Assembly: GCF_009914755.1 (NCBI RefSeq)
Contig: NC_060935.1
Length of the DNA: 64,000 bases
From: the human T2T-CHM13v2.0 reference genome, Homo sapiens
Reading direction: 5' to 3' (one strand)
Each line of letters opens with the position of its first letter. Position 1 is the first letter of the stretch. The notes under the pieces are model-generated. The model saw only the letters and a list, made by a program, of their open reading frames with translations. It did not search any database and was not told the origin of the DNA. Made by a program: the position numbers and the translations under genes. Below are positions 43,006-57,768 of the stretch, one piece after another.

Positions 43006-44403
43006 CAGGTTTGTCAAAGATCAGATGATTGCAGACGTGTGGTGTTATTTCTGAGGCCTCTGTTCTGTTCCATTAGTCTATATATCTGTTTTGGTATCAG
43101 TACCATGCTATTTTGGTTACTGTAGCCTTGTAGTATAGTTTGAAGTCAGGTAGCGTGATGCCTCCAGCTTTGTTCTTCTTGCTTAGGGTTGTCTTGGCTA
43201 TATGGACTCTTTTTTGGTTCCACATGAAATTTAAAGTAGTTTTTTCTAACACTGCGAATAAAGTAAATGGTAGCTTGATGTGAATAGCATTGAATCTATA
43301 AATTACTTTGGGCAGTATGGCCATTTTCACGATATTGATTCTTCCTATCCATGAGCATGGAATGTTTTTCCATTTGTTTGTGTCCTCTCTTATTTCCTTG
43401 AGCAGTGGTTTGTAGTTCTCCTTAAAGAGGTCCTTCACATCCCTTGTAAGTTGTATTCCTATTTTATTCTGTTTGTAGCAATTGTGAATGGGATTTCACT
43501 CATGATTTGGCTCTCTGTTTGTCTATTATTGGTGTATAGAAATGCTTGTGATTTTTGCACATTGATTTTGTATCCTGAGACTTCGGTGAAGTTGCTTATC
43601 AGCTTAAGGAGTTTTTGGGCTGAGACAATGAGGAATGCTTCCAGCTTTTGCCCATTCAGTATGATATTAGCTGTGGGTTTGTCATAAATGGCTCTTATTA
43701 TTTTGAGATATGTTCCATCAATACCTAGTTTATTGAGTGTTTTTAGCATGAAGGGGTGTTGAATTTTATTGAAGGCCTTTTCTGCATCTATTGAGATAAT
43801 TATGTGGTTTTTGTCTTTGGTTCTGTTTATGTGATGGATTACGTTTATTAATTTGCATATGTTGAACCAGGCTTGTATCCCAGGGATGAAGCCAACTTGA
43901 TCGTGGTGGATAAGCTTTTTGACGTAGTGCTGGATTTGGTTTGCCAGTATTTTATTGAGGATTTTCGCATCGCTGTTCATCAGGGATATTGGCCTGAAAT
44001 TTTCTTTTTTTGTTGTGCCTCTGCCAGGTTTTGGTATCAGGATGATGTTGTCAGGAGTCTTTCTTTTTCTATTGTTTGGAATAGTTTCAGAAGGAATGGT
44101 ACCAGCTCCTCTTTGTACCTCTGGTAGAATTCAGCTGTGAATCCGTCTGGTCCTGGGCTTTTTTAATTGGTAGGCTATTGATTACTACCTCAATTTCAGA
44201 ACTTGCTATTGGTCTATTCGGGGATTCGACTTCTTCCTAGTTTAGTCTTGGGAGGGTGTATGTGTCCAGGAAGTTATCCATTTCTTCTAGATTTTCTAGT
44301 TTATTTGTGCAGAGGTGTTTATAGTATTCTTTGATGGTGGTTTGTATTTATGTGGGATCAGTGGCGATATTCCCTTTATCATTTTTTATTGTGTCTATTT
44401 GAT
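43006..44403 (-). mobile_element. Primate L1 (L1PA-like) internal ORF2 fragment with deletions
   Basis: Minus-strand ORFs give L1 ORF2 RT-region text ([62 protein letters not shown]). Confidence 0.93.
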
Positions 44404-44597
44404 GGGTTTTTTAATTAAAAATAAGAGATATTTGACCCATTTATACCTGAAAATGTCCTATTCTGTTTCTGTTTTCATTATTGAGAAACAAATGATAAAA
44501 AAACCCTAGAGGGGAAAAAAGTGCTTTGAACCCCAAAATATAATTTTGTTTTCTAAGTGTACATAGAATAATAAAATGTGGCTGAGGTTGGGTGTGG

Positions 44598-44905
44598 TTT
44601 TTTTTTGTTTTTTTTTTTTTTTGAGACGGAGTCTCACTCTTGTCCAGGCTGGAGTGTGGTGGCACCATCTCGGCTCATTGCAACCTCTGCCTCCTGGGTT
44701 CAAGCGATTCTTCTGCCTCAGCCTCCTGAGTAGCTGGGACTACAGGCACCCGCTACCACGCCTGGTTAATGTTTTGTCTTTTTAGTAGAGACGGGGTTTC
44801 ACCGTGTTAGCCAGGATGGTCTCGATCTCCTGATCATCTCGTGATCCCCCTGCCTCGGCCTCCCAAAGTGCAGAGATCATAGGCGTGAGCCACTGCACCC
44901 AGCCG
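44598..44905 (-). mobile_element. Alu (AluY/Sc-like)
   Basis: Reverse Alu with GTGTTAGCCAGGATGGTCTCGATCTCC. Confidence 0.9.
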
Positions 44906-45389
44906 GGAGTGTGATTTTTAATTGTCCTGAAAGCTTCAAGTTCTTCTGACCCAATGTCACTGTCCGTGAGCTCAGGCCGGCAGGGAAGCATGCTGCGTGT
45001 ATAGCATGTGTCCAGAACAAGGAAGTGCGTCCCTGGGAACAGTCTGGCCCAGGTGTGTGGATCAAGTGTTTGGAGTGGAGAAGCTGGGCAGCTGGAGGGA
45101 TGCAAAGACAGGCAAGGGTCAGGCATTGGAGGGCCTCGAGTGCCACGATAAAACATTTGAGCTTGATCCTTAGAGAATAATGAAGCCACCAAGGTCTCCT
45201 AGCAAGAGGGAGTTATGGTGAGGGCTGCATTTTGCAAAGTTGGAGCTGGCTGCTACAGAGTAGGGACTGGACAAGGAAGGGCAGGCAGCACTGGATGGAG
45301 TGTACAGCAGAGAGCCAAAATTCTTTGAGATTTTGCCCCCTGAGGGGTGGGGTCTGTTTCTCTACCCGCTTGCATCTGGGCTGAGCTTG

Positions 45390-45742
45390 TGTATTCGTCC
45401 ATTTTCCCGCTGCTCATAAAGACATAACTGATACTGGACAATTTACGAAAGAAAGAGGTTTAATGGACTCACAGTTCCATGTGGCTGGGGAGGCCTCACA
45501 TCACGGTGGGAGGTGAAAGGCATGTCTCACACAGTGGCAGACAAAAGAGCACTTGCGCAGGGAAATTCCCCTTTATTAAACCATCTGATCTCATAAGACA
45601 TACTCACTATCATGAGAATAGCACGGGAAAGACCCGCCCCCATGATTCAATTACCTCCCACTGGGTCCCCCACAACATGTGGGAATTGTGGAAGCTACAA
45701 TTCAAGAGGAGATTTGGGTGGGTACACAGTCAAACCATGTCA
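45390..45742 (-). mobile_element. THE1-type solo LTR, probably inside an older MLT element
   Basis: TG...CA termini, THE1 motifs (gaggtttaatggactcacagttcca; cccatgattcaattacctccca), near-TSD GCTTG/GCCTG. Confidence 0.8.
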
Positions 45743-47149
45743 GCCTGTGACTGCTTTGACCTACAGAACATGACAGAAGTCATGTGCCAGTTCCAGGCTT
45801 AGCCTTTAAGAGGCTGCCCTTTGCTTCCTCCTGCTTGGAACACAGCCACCATACTGGGAGGAAGTCCAAGCAGCTACATGGAGGAGAATGAAGGCCCTGG
45901 CCACTGTCTCCAGCTGAGGCCTGAGCCTCCAAGCAGCACTCATTCACCAGCCATGAGTCTGCTTCCTTGAAAGTGGATCTGCCATGCCTGGAGGGGCCAC
46001 CCCAAGTGATGCTGCATGGAGCAGAAATGAGCTATCCCCACCCATACCGCAAAATCATATTGTTTTACGCCACTAAGTTTTGGGGCAATTTCTTATGTGG
46101 CAATAAATACCCGAAACATTGCTCGTGGGAGGCTGGGAGGGAGAACTTTGCCAGGCTCTGTGGACCCTGAGCTGGGGCCTGGGCAGTGGCTGGGTGAAGC
46201 CTAGTGCAGGTTTGACAGCTGTTCCCGTGTTTTGTTTCCTGCGAAAATCACAGCAACCTCCTTCCCACCCTCGCCCCCACTGCAAACAGTGTTCAGTCTC
46301 CCTGGTGATGCAGCCCCACTCGGTGGCCAGCTGCTGGGCACGGGGCTGCCGTTCGGACAGCTTGCAAGACAGCTGTGCTCCCGGAAATGGAGGGCCCTGG
46401 CGATGGTAATTGGCAATGTCCTTCCTTTGGGAAGTCAGCCTGATTCTTCAAATACAATAACAGGGTTTGAGAATTTAATCTTCCCCCCAGGGATACTATT
46501 TATTCTGTTATTCATGCATCACGGAGAAGAAAGCTCTTACCACTAAGGATCTGTCAACTTGATTTTCTCTTAATCAGCGCTTATGTCCATCTTTCTGCCA
46601 GATCTATGTCTTCTTTGACAAAAACATGGAGCATAGCAGTTCTTTTCCTCAGAGCAGCGCTAGACCCCAAATACTTTTCGGTGGAAACGAGACAGCCCCA
46701 TGGCCTGCGCTGCTGTAAGATATCTCATCCCTGCACCTCAGTGTCTCAGTCCTGGAGGATACGGGCTCCCCACCTTCCACGGACCCCGGCACTGCGGGTT
46801 GCACAAGAACCCAGGGCGTCGGATACATTTGGCATTTCAGACAAAACAAAGAATGTCTTAGTAGGATACATCCCAAATGTCGCACGGGACGTACTTACAC
46901 TCAAAAATCAGTCACTGTCCGTCTGGTATTCACATTTAACTGCGTGTTCTGTGTTTTTATTTACCTAATTGCGCCTGAGTTACCTAGGGGGACATTTGGA
47001 ATAAAGAAGGAGCCAACGACAAAAGCAGGAAGGGCTCAGGGAAAGCTGGGGTTCGGGTGGGCAGGAAGGGCCCAGGGGAGTACGACAGAAGGTCAAGGAG
47101 GACCCTGCAGGGAGGAGGGATTGGGCAGAGCCTGGGCAGCTCCACTAGA

Positions 47150-47790
<641 letters not shown>

Positions 47791-48435
47791 ACTAGATTTT
47801 CAAAGAAGGTGAGGGAGCAGCCAATAGATTTGAAGGGAATTAGTGACCCACTGTCCCGGTTTGCCTGGGGCTTTTTGGTTTTCACCTGGAAAATTCTGTG
47901 TCCCAGGAAACTTCTCAGGGATTTCCAGCCTAGGGAACTGGGATGGCTGATCACCCTAAATAGGAAGGATGTTCTAGATAGAGGAATGTTCTAGACAGAG
48001 GAAACAAAGTGCAGAATCACCCAGGTGTCTTTGCCTCCTAGAAACAGCTTGACTCTGTCCTCTCTTCCCTTGCAGAGGGGCATTGGGGAGTTGGGTTGGG
48101 TTGGGTGAGTGAGGCACTTGCCTTGGGTACAAAACGTGCAGGGTGCCAAAAAAACTCAGTGATCAGGATAAATAATATTTCAGTGCAATATTTGTAAGTC
48201 CAAATTAATGTGAAATATCCATAATGAACAAATTATCAAACATTTAAATAATGTTCCTTAAACATAGAACTACTGTATCACCCAGCAACTGACTTCCCAG
48301 GTATAGGAATTGAGAACAGATGTCCAAACAGATCCTTGAACACAAATGTTCATAGCAGCAGTCTTCATAAATGCCAAAGGGGGAAGCAACTCAAGTGTTG
48401 ATGAGCTGATGCATAGATAAAAAGTGGTCGATCCA

Positions 48436-48746
<311 letters not shown>

Positions 48747-49198
48747 CTATCCATATAACAGAATATAACTCAGCCATGAAAAGGAATGAAATATTCATGC
48801 TACAGTATGGGTGAACCTCAAAACATGCTGAGTGAAAGAAGCCAGACCCAAAAGGCCATAGATTTTATGATTGCATTTATACGAAATGTCCAGAACAGGC
48901 AAATAGAACAGATTTCCCCTGACAGCCCTCAGAAGCAAACCACTCTGCCGACACCTTGATCTTGGACTTCCAGCCTCCAGAACTGTGAGATGATGCATTT
49001 CTGTTGGTCAAGCTGCCTGGTGTGTGGTACTCTGCTATGGCAGCCCAAGCCGATGACAACAGTCTCGCTCGTCAGACTGGTGAAAATGTTAAACGTTTGC
49101 TAGCATCCAGCTGGGGATTTGGGGAAAGAGGCACTTAGATTCTAAGAGGCTGTAAACGGGTGCAGTATTTCCAGAAGGTAAATACTCATCACTTTTTA

Positions 49199-49736
<538 letters not shown>

Positions 49737-52078
49737 CTACTTCCCGCCCCCACCCCTCCCAACTGCAGGCGTCAGCCTCTGGCAAGGCCATTAGCAGCCC
49801 CTCTTCCTCCAGGCTGAGCTACCCAGAAAACCCCCAGCTGGATGAGTCACCCAGGGCACAGGTGGATTCACGGACTCCCGGCTGTGACCCTGCCTCTGAC
49901 CAGCAAGGAGGTCCCTGAGGAAGCTCATCTCCCATGGGATGAGTTCACCAAGGAGCAGGAGGGGAGGCTACATGGTGGGGGGCGGGGCTGGGGGCTGGGA
50001 AGGAGAGGCTTCCCTGGCACAGAGCCCAGGGCAGTGAAGGAGCGGGCCGGGGGTGGTCTGTTGGAGAAAGAAGATGCAGGTGGTGGGTTTAGGGAGGAGA
50101 GAGTGCCACACTGCAGACAAGGATGGCTCCAGCTAAAGAGCCCAGGACTTGTGAGCTGAGCAAAGCAAGACATCAAAAGCGACATCCCCCCTCCACTCAC
50201 CCTGGAATTGGAGGGGAGAGTTGAGCTTGCGTGGAACTGCGTCTGGGGTGGGAGGTTGCAGGGGCTTCCTGAGAAGCCACCGTGGCTCCCAAGACGCTGG
50301 TAGAATGTGTCCACTAATAAAAAGCTGACTAAACACTTTTCAAAGATGCAGCTCTCCAAATTATCCTAGTGACCCCAGGCTTGTCTCAAGCCCATCTCCC
50401 TGGGAGACGACAGCTTTCCACGAGGGCTGTGCCACCAACGCTGCAGCATGCGTGCCAGCCACACAGCTCGTGTTCCAGTGCTAGGGGAGCGGGTGCTTGG
50501 GCAGCGGGGCACTCCTAGAACTATTCCCACAGCAGACGGCGAGCGGCAACTCAGCCATCCTATGCAAGTGAGATCAATACATCCTATATATATATAGGTG
50601 GCTATAAATACACCCACCATGATCCAGAACTAAATGCATCCCCAATCTAACTTCCCCTTAAAGAGCCTAGAAGTGCCTGTGGCCTTTCCAGCACCACATT
50701 GTCTGAGGGGAAACTGAGGAAGTGATGTGTCGAGAGACAGGTCTTAACTGGCTGTGATTATGGCTTGCTTTCACATTTCACAAAAAATTTACAACTACGA
50801 AAACACATGGACTTAGGGCCCTGCCTGTGGCAGAGCCTGTACTGGCCCACACCAACATTCCATGTCCCCCTCCTCCTTCAGCTCCAGAACTCAAGTGAGC
50901 TCAACATCATCCATAATAAAAGACCCTGTTTCCAACCTGTTTCCAAGCCTCTGTTGTGGCCGGGCATGACTCTGGCCAGCAAGATGCATGCAGAAAGAAT
51001 CTTCCAGAAGGCTGCTTTAAAGATGGCATTCTGTTACCCAATGTCCTCAAACCTCCAAAACTTGCTCTTCCTCCTCTTCTCCCTTCTCAGCTTGCACTCG
51101 AAACTCCAATTTCTACTACCTTAACCCCTTAGTAAAAGCACCCAATTGTTTCTGTGAATGAAACAACCCTGTATAATGAACCCATTTAACAAGGTTCTGT
51201 CGAATAATCGAATACATATATTAAAAACTCATTCATAGAATGGTATAATTCTATCCATTGATACAACTTTCACCTTAGCCAGATCCTTTGCCAGCTACTC
51301 ATTTTTTTAGGGGAGCGACTCTAGGGTCTTTTTTCATGACTGCTGTGTTACTGGAGTGGGGCTGGGTGGCGTGGAAATCAGGGAATGGGGGAATCAAGGA
51401 CACAGACATTTGCAGGGTCAAAGAAATGCCAATTTTAGGTCATCGAGCCATTTCCTCATTTCTTGAGTAGTAACGAGATGGTCGTGGGACTGATAGGTGG
51501 TATCGTTCGTCACGTTATCGTCCAAACCTCTCCCTCTGATGAGCCCGTCTTGCAGACATGAGCTTCTCAGCAGCGGTGGAGGTGGTGTACCCTCTCACGT
51601 GTTTTTATTCATTCATTCATTCATTCATCAAACATTTGTTGACCACTGTGAAACTGATTGGAACAATTCCTACCGCACGTGATGGAAAACCTCTATGGGC
51701 CATTGGCTTAAATAAGAGAGATGCTTCTTCTCCTCTGTTGTGAAACAAGCCTGGAAGTGTGCAGCCCAGGGACCAGGCTCAGGGTCACTGGGACCCAGGC
51801 TCCCTCGGCCTTGATGTGTCACCTGAAGCCATCACCTCATGGTCCAAATTCGTTGCCCACCTCCAGCCTTCACGTCCACACTCCAGGCAGCAGGAAGAAG
51901 GAATGGAAAAGGACCAAAAAGGGGGCGTACCCATGTAACCCCCTCCACCTGGAGTGTGCTGGACCTCATTCTGTACCCAGTCAGTCCTGCTCACCTGTCA
52001 GGTTCAGCTCCCCTAATCCATGCATCTCCTTCCCACGACAATGGGGTGGTTATTTGTACAATAACCATTTGTTGCATA

Positions 52079-52761
52079 CAGTTGGCCCTCCATGTCCACA
52101 GTGGGTTGGTTCCAGGAAACCCCTGGCCACGCAAATACCGAAATCCGTGGATGCTCAAGTCCCTTATATAAAATGGCATAGTATTTGCATATAACCTACG
52201 CACATCTTCCCATATGCTTTATTTTTAATTTAACTTTTTTATTTTTGAGATGAAGTCTCACTCTGTCACCCAGATGCTGGAGTGCAGTGGCGCCGTTTCG
52301 GCTCACTGCAACCTCTGCCTCCCGGGTTCAGTTGTACAAGTGATTCTCCTGCCTCAGCGTCCCGAGTAGCTGGGATTACAGATGTCCGCCACCACATCTG
52401 GCTGAGTTTTTGTATATGTAGTAGAGAGAGGGTTTTGGCATGTTGGCCAGGCTGGTCTCGAACTCCTGACCTCAAGTGATCTGCCCGCCTCGGCCTCCCA
52501 AAGTGTTGTGATTACAGGCATAAGCCACCGCGATGGCCCTCCCACATGCTTTAAATCATCTCTAGATTACTTATAATACTGAGTATAATGTAAATGCTAC
52601 ATGAATAGTTGTTATACCGTATTGTTTAGGAAATAATGACAAGGAAAAAAGTCTGTACGTATTCGTACAGAGAAACCCATCCTAGGCCTACCTACAAGGA
52701 CCCAGTCCATAGTGGGTTGAACCCACAGCCAGGGAACTCACAGATACAGAGGGGCCAACTG
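52079..52761. mobile_element. MER2/Tigger-type DNA transposon with TIRs, interrupted by a reverse Alu (~52218-52538)
   Basis: TA|CAGTTGGCCC ... GGGCCAACTG|TA: terminal inverted repeats with TA target duplication. Confidence 0.8.
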
Positions 52762-53511
52762 TAATGGGTCTCCGTGAGGGTCTAACTCTGCAAGGGCAGG
52801 GACCCTGCTGCTGATTTCACCACTGCAGCTCCACTGCCAGGCAATGGACGGTTGAGCTCCCGTGCAGTGGGCATGGCCCAGGTGACCCTTGACCCTTGCT
52901 TGAGTTCTCAGCTTCAGGGTGGTTTTTCCTGGTGGTGGACAGCGCTTCTAAGGAAGATGGGCTGGCTCGAAGGCAGCGGGGGACATCAGGCTTTCTGCTT
53001 GATTTCGATTACTCTAATGGTGACCCACTTTGTCTGCTGCACACTGGGCTGTCTTCAAGATGACAGGTTGACAATGACTGCCATTGGGTCATTACTGAGC
53101 AAAGAGCCATTAGCACACTGGCTGTGGTTCCAGCACAGTCTGTGCCGGGAGGCAGGTGTCTGTCATCCCAGGTGTGCTGGCCTCATTTGTCTGAAGGAAT
53201 CTGCCGACCTCAGGAAACCCCAGCACGCCTTCAGGCCACTGCCTTGCTTGTCTGTAGCCTTCCCATGGTCACCGCACTTCCGGGCCAGGGTCCCAGCCAG
53301 GGTTTATACCGAGACCCACTCACCCAGACTAAGCGGGAAGCAAGACGGTGGGTGTCATCCCACGTGGAAAAAGAACTTAGGGACCTGGAGGAATCAGGCA
53401 TGGGCATGTTTATTTTGAATACATGTGTCTAATTATTCAATGGAGCTTTCTTAAATGAATTCAAAATACATGTGAAGATTTGTTTCCAGTTGCTTAATGT
53501 CTTTTTAATAA

Positions 53512-53857
<346 letters not shown>

Positions 53858-53864
53858 CTGAAAT

Positions 53865-54328
53865 TTATTTTTCTTTTTTTCCTTTCTCTTTCCTCACTTT
53901 CCTTCCTTCTCTTTTCTTCTTCTCCTTCTCCTCCTCGTCCTCCTCCTTCTTCTTCTTCTTTCTTCTTCTTCCCTTCTCTCTCTCTCTCTCTCTCTCTCCC
54001 TCCCTCCCTCCTTCTTTCTTTCTTGACAGAGACTTGCTCTGTTGCCTATGCTGGAGTGCAGGCTTGATCGTGGCTCACTGTAGCCTCAACCTCCTGGGCT
54101 CAGGTGATCCTCCCACCTCAGCCTCCTGAGCTGAGTAGCTGGGACTACAGGCACGTGCCATCATGCTTGGCTGATTTTTAAAAAATATTTATTTATTTAT
54201 TTTTAGTAGAGATGAGGCCTTGCTATGTTGCCCCAGCTGGTCTTGGACTCCAGGGCTCAAGTGATCTATCTACTCACCTCAGCCTCCCAAAATGCTGGGA
54301 TTACAAGCGTGAGCCACTGCGCCCAGTC
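53865..54328 (-). mobile_element. AluJ-like element with a CT-rich microsatellite in its tail
   Basis: Pyrimidine tract 53865-54023 followed by a reverse old Alu. Confidence 0.8.
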
Positions 54329-56579
54329 TGAAGTTTCTTTGAAAGCAAAAAAGGAAACAAAAAGAGTACATAGGCCCAAATGAAGACAGCTGAAAGTTTA
54401 ATGTACCTCAAATTCCAGCCCATGACTAAGGGATGGACTTTGAGTCTCTTTTCGAATCCATCTCAAGGATTTAGGTTTAGAGTTTGTGCTCCTTTAAACA
54501 GACTAAGAGCCTCTGTGACAAAGTAAATAGAGAAAATAAGTGTAGTCAAGCTCTGGCAGGATTTGGAAGGGGGCCTAACGTGGAAGAAAGGAGAAGGCTG
54601 GAATTGACTAAGATGTGCTATGCACTGGGCTGGATTTGTTCTCAGCAGAAAGCAAGAAAGAGCTCTGGGATGGTAGCAGGGCTCCCACTACCACCGGGGG
54701 CCAAAGGTTGCAGTATTTCTCAGGTAGCCAAGAGGTACCCATGAGCCCAGCCCCTGCCCACTCCCTGATGTCATCTAGACACAAGGACATGGGGCATGAG
54801 AGGACATCATTGTCACTTCTCTGCAGAGTCACAGGAACGTGCCCTCTGCTCCTCCGCCTCTCGGCTGTCCTTCTGCCCACGGCTGGCCCAGACTCTCATG
54901 GCGACTCACTGTCTCCCACGCCCCCACTCCCGGCAGGAAACCACTTCAGGGTTTACTGTGGGCTCCGAAATCAGCCTGTGAGTCCTAGTTAGGGTCCCCT
55001 GTGCCTGACTCTCCTCTCCCCAGGCTGCAAGAAATAGGGATGACCAGAAGTCAAACTGTGCCCTTGGGAACACCCCACCCCTCACCACTGTCGTGCCAGG
55101 AGTCTGTTCCTAAGACCCCTCCCCAAGTCCTGTCTCCTCCTCTTCCTCCCATAAACCACAGCAGACACTCAGCCACCAGGCTGCAGCCCTGCACCTTCTC
55201 CAGCAGCCGCTGGCCTTCGCCAGAGTTCTTGAAAGCCCAGTTGTCCTTCCCCAGCCACGTGGAGGCAGACGGATCTCTCCTGGGGGCAGCCTGTAGCTGT
55301 CTGTGCAAAGGTTCCCAAGACTAAAGTGTAGAGGACAGGTAAGATGACACTGTCATGATCATCATTCGTCCTGTGCCCTGTGGACATCAACCCACAGATG
55401 TGACATCAACCCATCTGATATTGAGCCCAGTGGGTGGGGAGATCCTAACCCAGCTGCTGCTGTTGAGGACTTGGGTGGTGTCTGGCCAGTGGGAGGGGAG
55501 GTCAGGCGAGTTTTCAGCAGATGACCCCGTGCTCTTCGGAAGCCCGGAGGTGCCACACTGTACAAGTGTGATGCCTGGGATCCTGTGCTCCCCTGATGCC
55601 TGGGAATGGGGTGAAGGAACAGCCTAGGCTTGGGTTCTCTCCTGGGTTGTTTCGGGACTTGGCCCCAGCTCAGGAAGGGTTTGTGGAGGAGCCAAGGAGG
55701 GCCTTGTTCCTGTGGGATGTCTTTGCCTTGGGCACAAGGACAGCCTCTTGCTGCTGCTCTGCCCACCGCCCACCCCTTGGCGGCCTCTGGGAGTCTGGGC
55801 TGCTCTCCCTCTGGACCTAACCAGTTGCCCAATGGCTGGACCTGCTTAAAGCTCCCTCTTACAACTGGACCAGGCAGCCAGGGGAGGCACTGAGAGGCCG
55901 AGCTTCTGAGCTGGTGCCTGTGGATGCTCGACGGTCCCGCAGCTCCCACAATGGGATGGCCAAGCAGACCCTGAGATCCACAGCCCCCCTTTAGTGAAAC
56001 AGGAGGGAGGTCGCTGGGCACAGGGAGCCGGGAACGCCTGCCCTCCCCGCCATCGACGGCTCCCGAGGCCTGAACCTTCGCTCCAGCCCCAGCACAAGCC
56101 GGCCAGGGCGCAGGGCCAAGTGTTGCCCGCCATTCCCCGGGTACCCCATGACCTCCCAGCTGGGGCTGGCTCGGACTGAGGAGTCGTCCCTGCCCGTCAC
56201 CCTCTGGGGTCTCCAGTGCTGCGGAGCTCAGCTGGCTTTTGCAGCGGTAGGGGCTGGGAGGAGAAGCTGCAGGGAGACCGCAGGCGTGGGACGTTGTGGG
56301 GGGTCAGGCTTGCTCTGGGGCTGGGACCCCGGGGGGAGCAGTGGGGTTGACGCCACAGCGATGACTTGGGCCACGGGTCTGGGGGCTCTCCCGCGGGGCG
56401 ATTGGGCTCTGTCTTTCGGGATTAGGGTCTCTCCCACAGGGTTTGGGGTTCTCTCTGCAGATTTGGGGGAGTCTCTCCCGCGGGATGAGGGGGGGCTCTC
56501 CGCCGCACCCGCCTATGATGGCCCAGAGGACCCGAGCTCGGGTCACTCCCGTCGCCCTCGGGGCTCGGCGAGGGTGCAG

Positions 56580-56664
56580 GAGGCGGGCGCTGAGCCGGTG
56601 ACGCGACTCCGGGCGGCTCCCGGGTGCGCCGCATATATAGCAGCGGCGGCGGTGGCGGCGGCCA
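56580..56664 (+). promoter_or_regulatory. GAL: GAL core promoter: CRE-like TGACGCGA (56599-56606), GC box GGGCGG (56611-56616), TATA box TATATA (56634-56639)
   Basis: Motifs read directly; spacing predicts a TSS near 56664. Confidence 0.8.
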
Positions 56665-56852
56665 CACCGGGCGGCGGACACGTGGAGGGACCCGGCCCGC
56701 GCCTTCTGCCCCTGCTGCCGGCCGCGCCATGCGGTGAGCGCCCCAGGCCGCCAGAGCCCACCCGACCCGGCCCGACGCCCGGACCTGCCGCCCAGACCCG
56801 CCACCGCACCCGGACCCCGACGCTCCGAACCCGGGCGCAGCCGCAGCTCAAG
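56664..56852 (+). other. GAL: GAL exon 1 (5' UTR, non-coding); start approximate
   Basis: Begins ~25-30 nt after TATA and ends at CTCAAG|GTACT; splicing gives CTCAAG-ATGGCC. Confidence 0.75.
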
Positions 56853-57043
56853 GTACTACTGGCGCCGGGCCGACCCTGCGCCCCCGGGAGGCCTCCCCTT
56901 CGGCTTTCCTCTGCCCAGGGACGGTTCTGCCAGGGCCCTGGCCCGGCCGCCGCCTCTGCTCCTCCCCGCAGCCCCGGCACTCCTTGCCTCGGGGCGCAGC
57001 CCACTCCGGGTTCCGACCCGCCCGCCCTGTCCTTCCCTTCCAG

Positions 57044-57124
57044 ATGGCCCGAGGCAGCGCCCTCCTGCTCGCCTCCCTCCTCCTCGCCGCGGCCCTTTCT
57101 GCCTCTGCGGGGCTCTGGTCGCCG
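57044..57124 (+). CDS. GAL: Galanin and GMAP prepropeptide, exon 2 (signal peptide; MARGSALLLASLLLAAALSASAGLWSP)
   Basis: cag|ATG acceptor, CCG|gtaagt donor; 81 nt; hydrophobic signal sequence. Confidence 0.97.
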
Positions 57125-57713
57125 GTAAGTGCGGGGCGCGTCTCCTCCGAGCGAAGGGGACATCAGAGCCGGCCGGGCGTGGAGGGCTTCCTGGAGGAGG
57201 CAGCCTCCGCCCTGCCCGCGGGGATGGGGGTGGAAAGTGGAAAGGCGGGCGCTGTCCTGGCTGCGGGCGTCGCGGGAAGGGTCCGGGGCTCCCTGGGATT
57301 CCCCCCGCGCGCTTCTCCGAGTGTATCAACAGCCCCGGGCTATAACCAGGCCGCCGGGAGAGCTCTGCGCTTCGGGTCAGCGCCTCGGGAAAGCGAGAAG
57401 CTCGCCCGTTCCGCAGGGCTTAGTTAGAATGGAGGGCTAGGAGCCACTGGCGTGGCCTCAGCGTCACTAAAGCAGGTGCAGTGCGCTGAGAGTGCGCGGG
57501 CTCAGGCCCTCAAGTGAAGTATTTCGTAAATAAAGTGGTTCCATTTTCATGTCAAATATAGCCGACTTAGGGGTAAACCTGGAATTTCGCGAGCTATCCA
57601 AAAGCACATGCATTGTTCTAAGTCCTCTGCCATGCCGGGAAAGCCTGGGTGCACCCATTCAGCATAGGCTCCAGGCACAGCCCTGGCATCTGATCCCCTT
57701 TTCTCCCTTCAAG

Positions 57714-57768
57714 GCCAAGGAAAAACGAGGCTGGACCCTGAACAGCGCGGGCTACCTGCTGGGCCCAC
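57714..57768 (+). CDS. GAL: GAL exon 3 (AKEKR then galanin 1-13 GWTLNSAGYLLGP)
   Basis: Invariant galanin N-terminus after a KR site; aag| acceptor, |gtaagt donor; 55 nt. Confidence 0.98.

Larger units (their letters stand above)
56000..57520. promoter_or_regulatory. CpG island over the GAL promoter and exons 1-2
   Basis: Very GC- and CpG-dense relative to flanks (boundaries by eye). Confidence 0.85.

Noticed and set aside
43097-43980. Reverse-transcriptase gene suggesting a novel retroelement system
   Set aside because: Ordinary L1 ORF2 fragment missing the catalytic FADD motif.
51030-51560. Compositionally odd stretch with several CpGs, considered as a pseudogene or foreign insert
   Set aside because: No recognisable ORF, poly-A or TSD; it cannot be supported without a BLAST/Dfam search.
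56148-57440. 326, 206 and 203 aa Pro/Gly/Arg-rich ORFs
   Set aside because: Stop-poor CpG island; only 57044-57124 is supported by splice sites and a known product.
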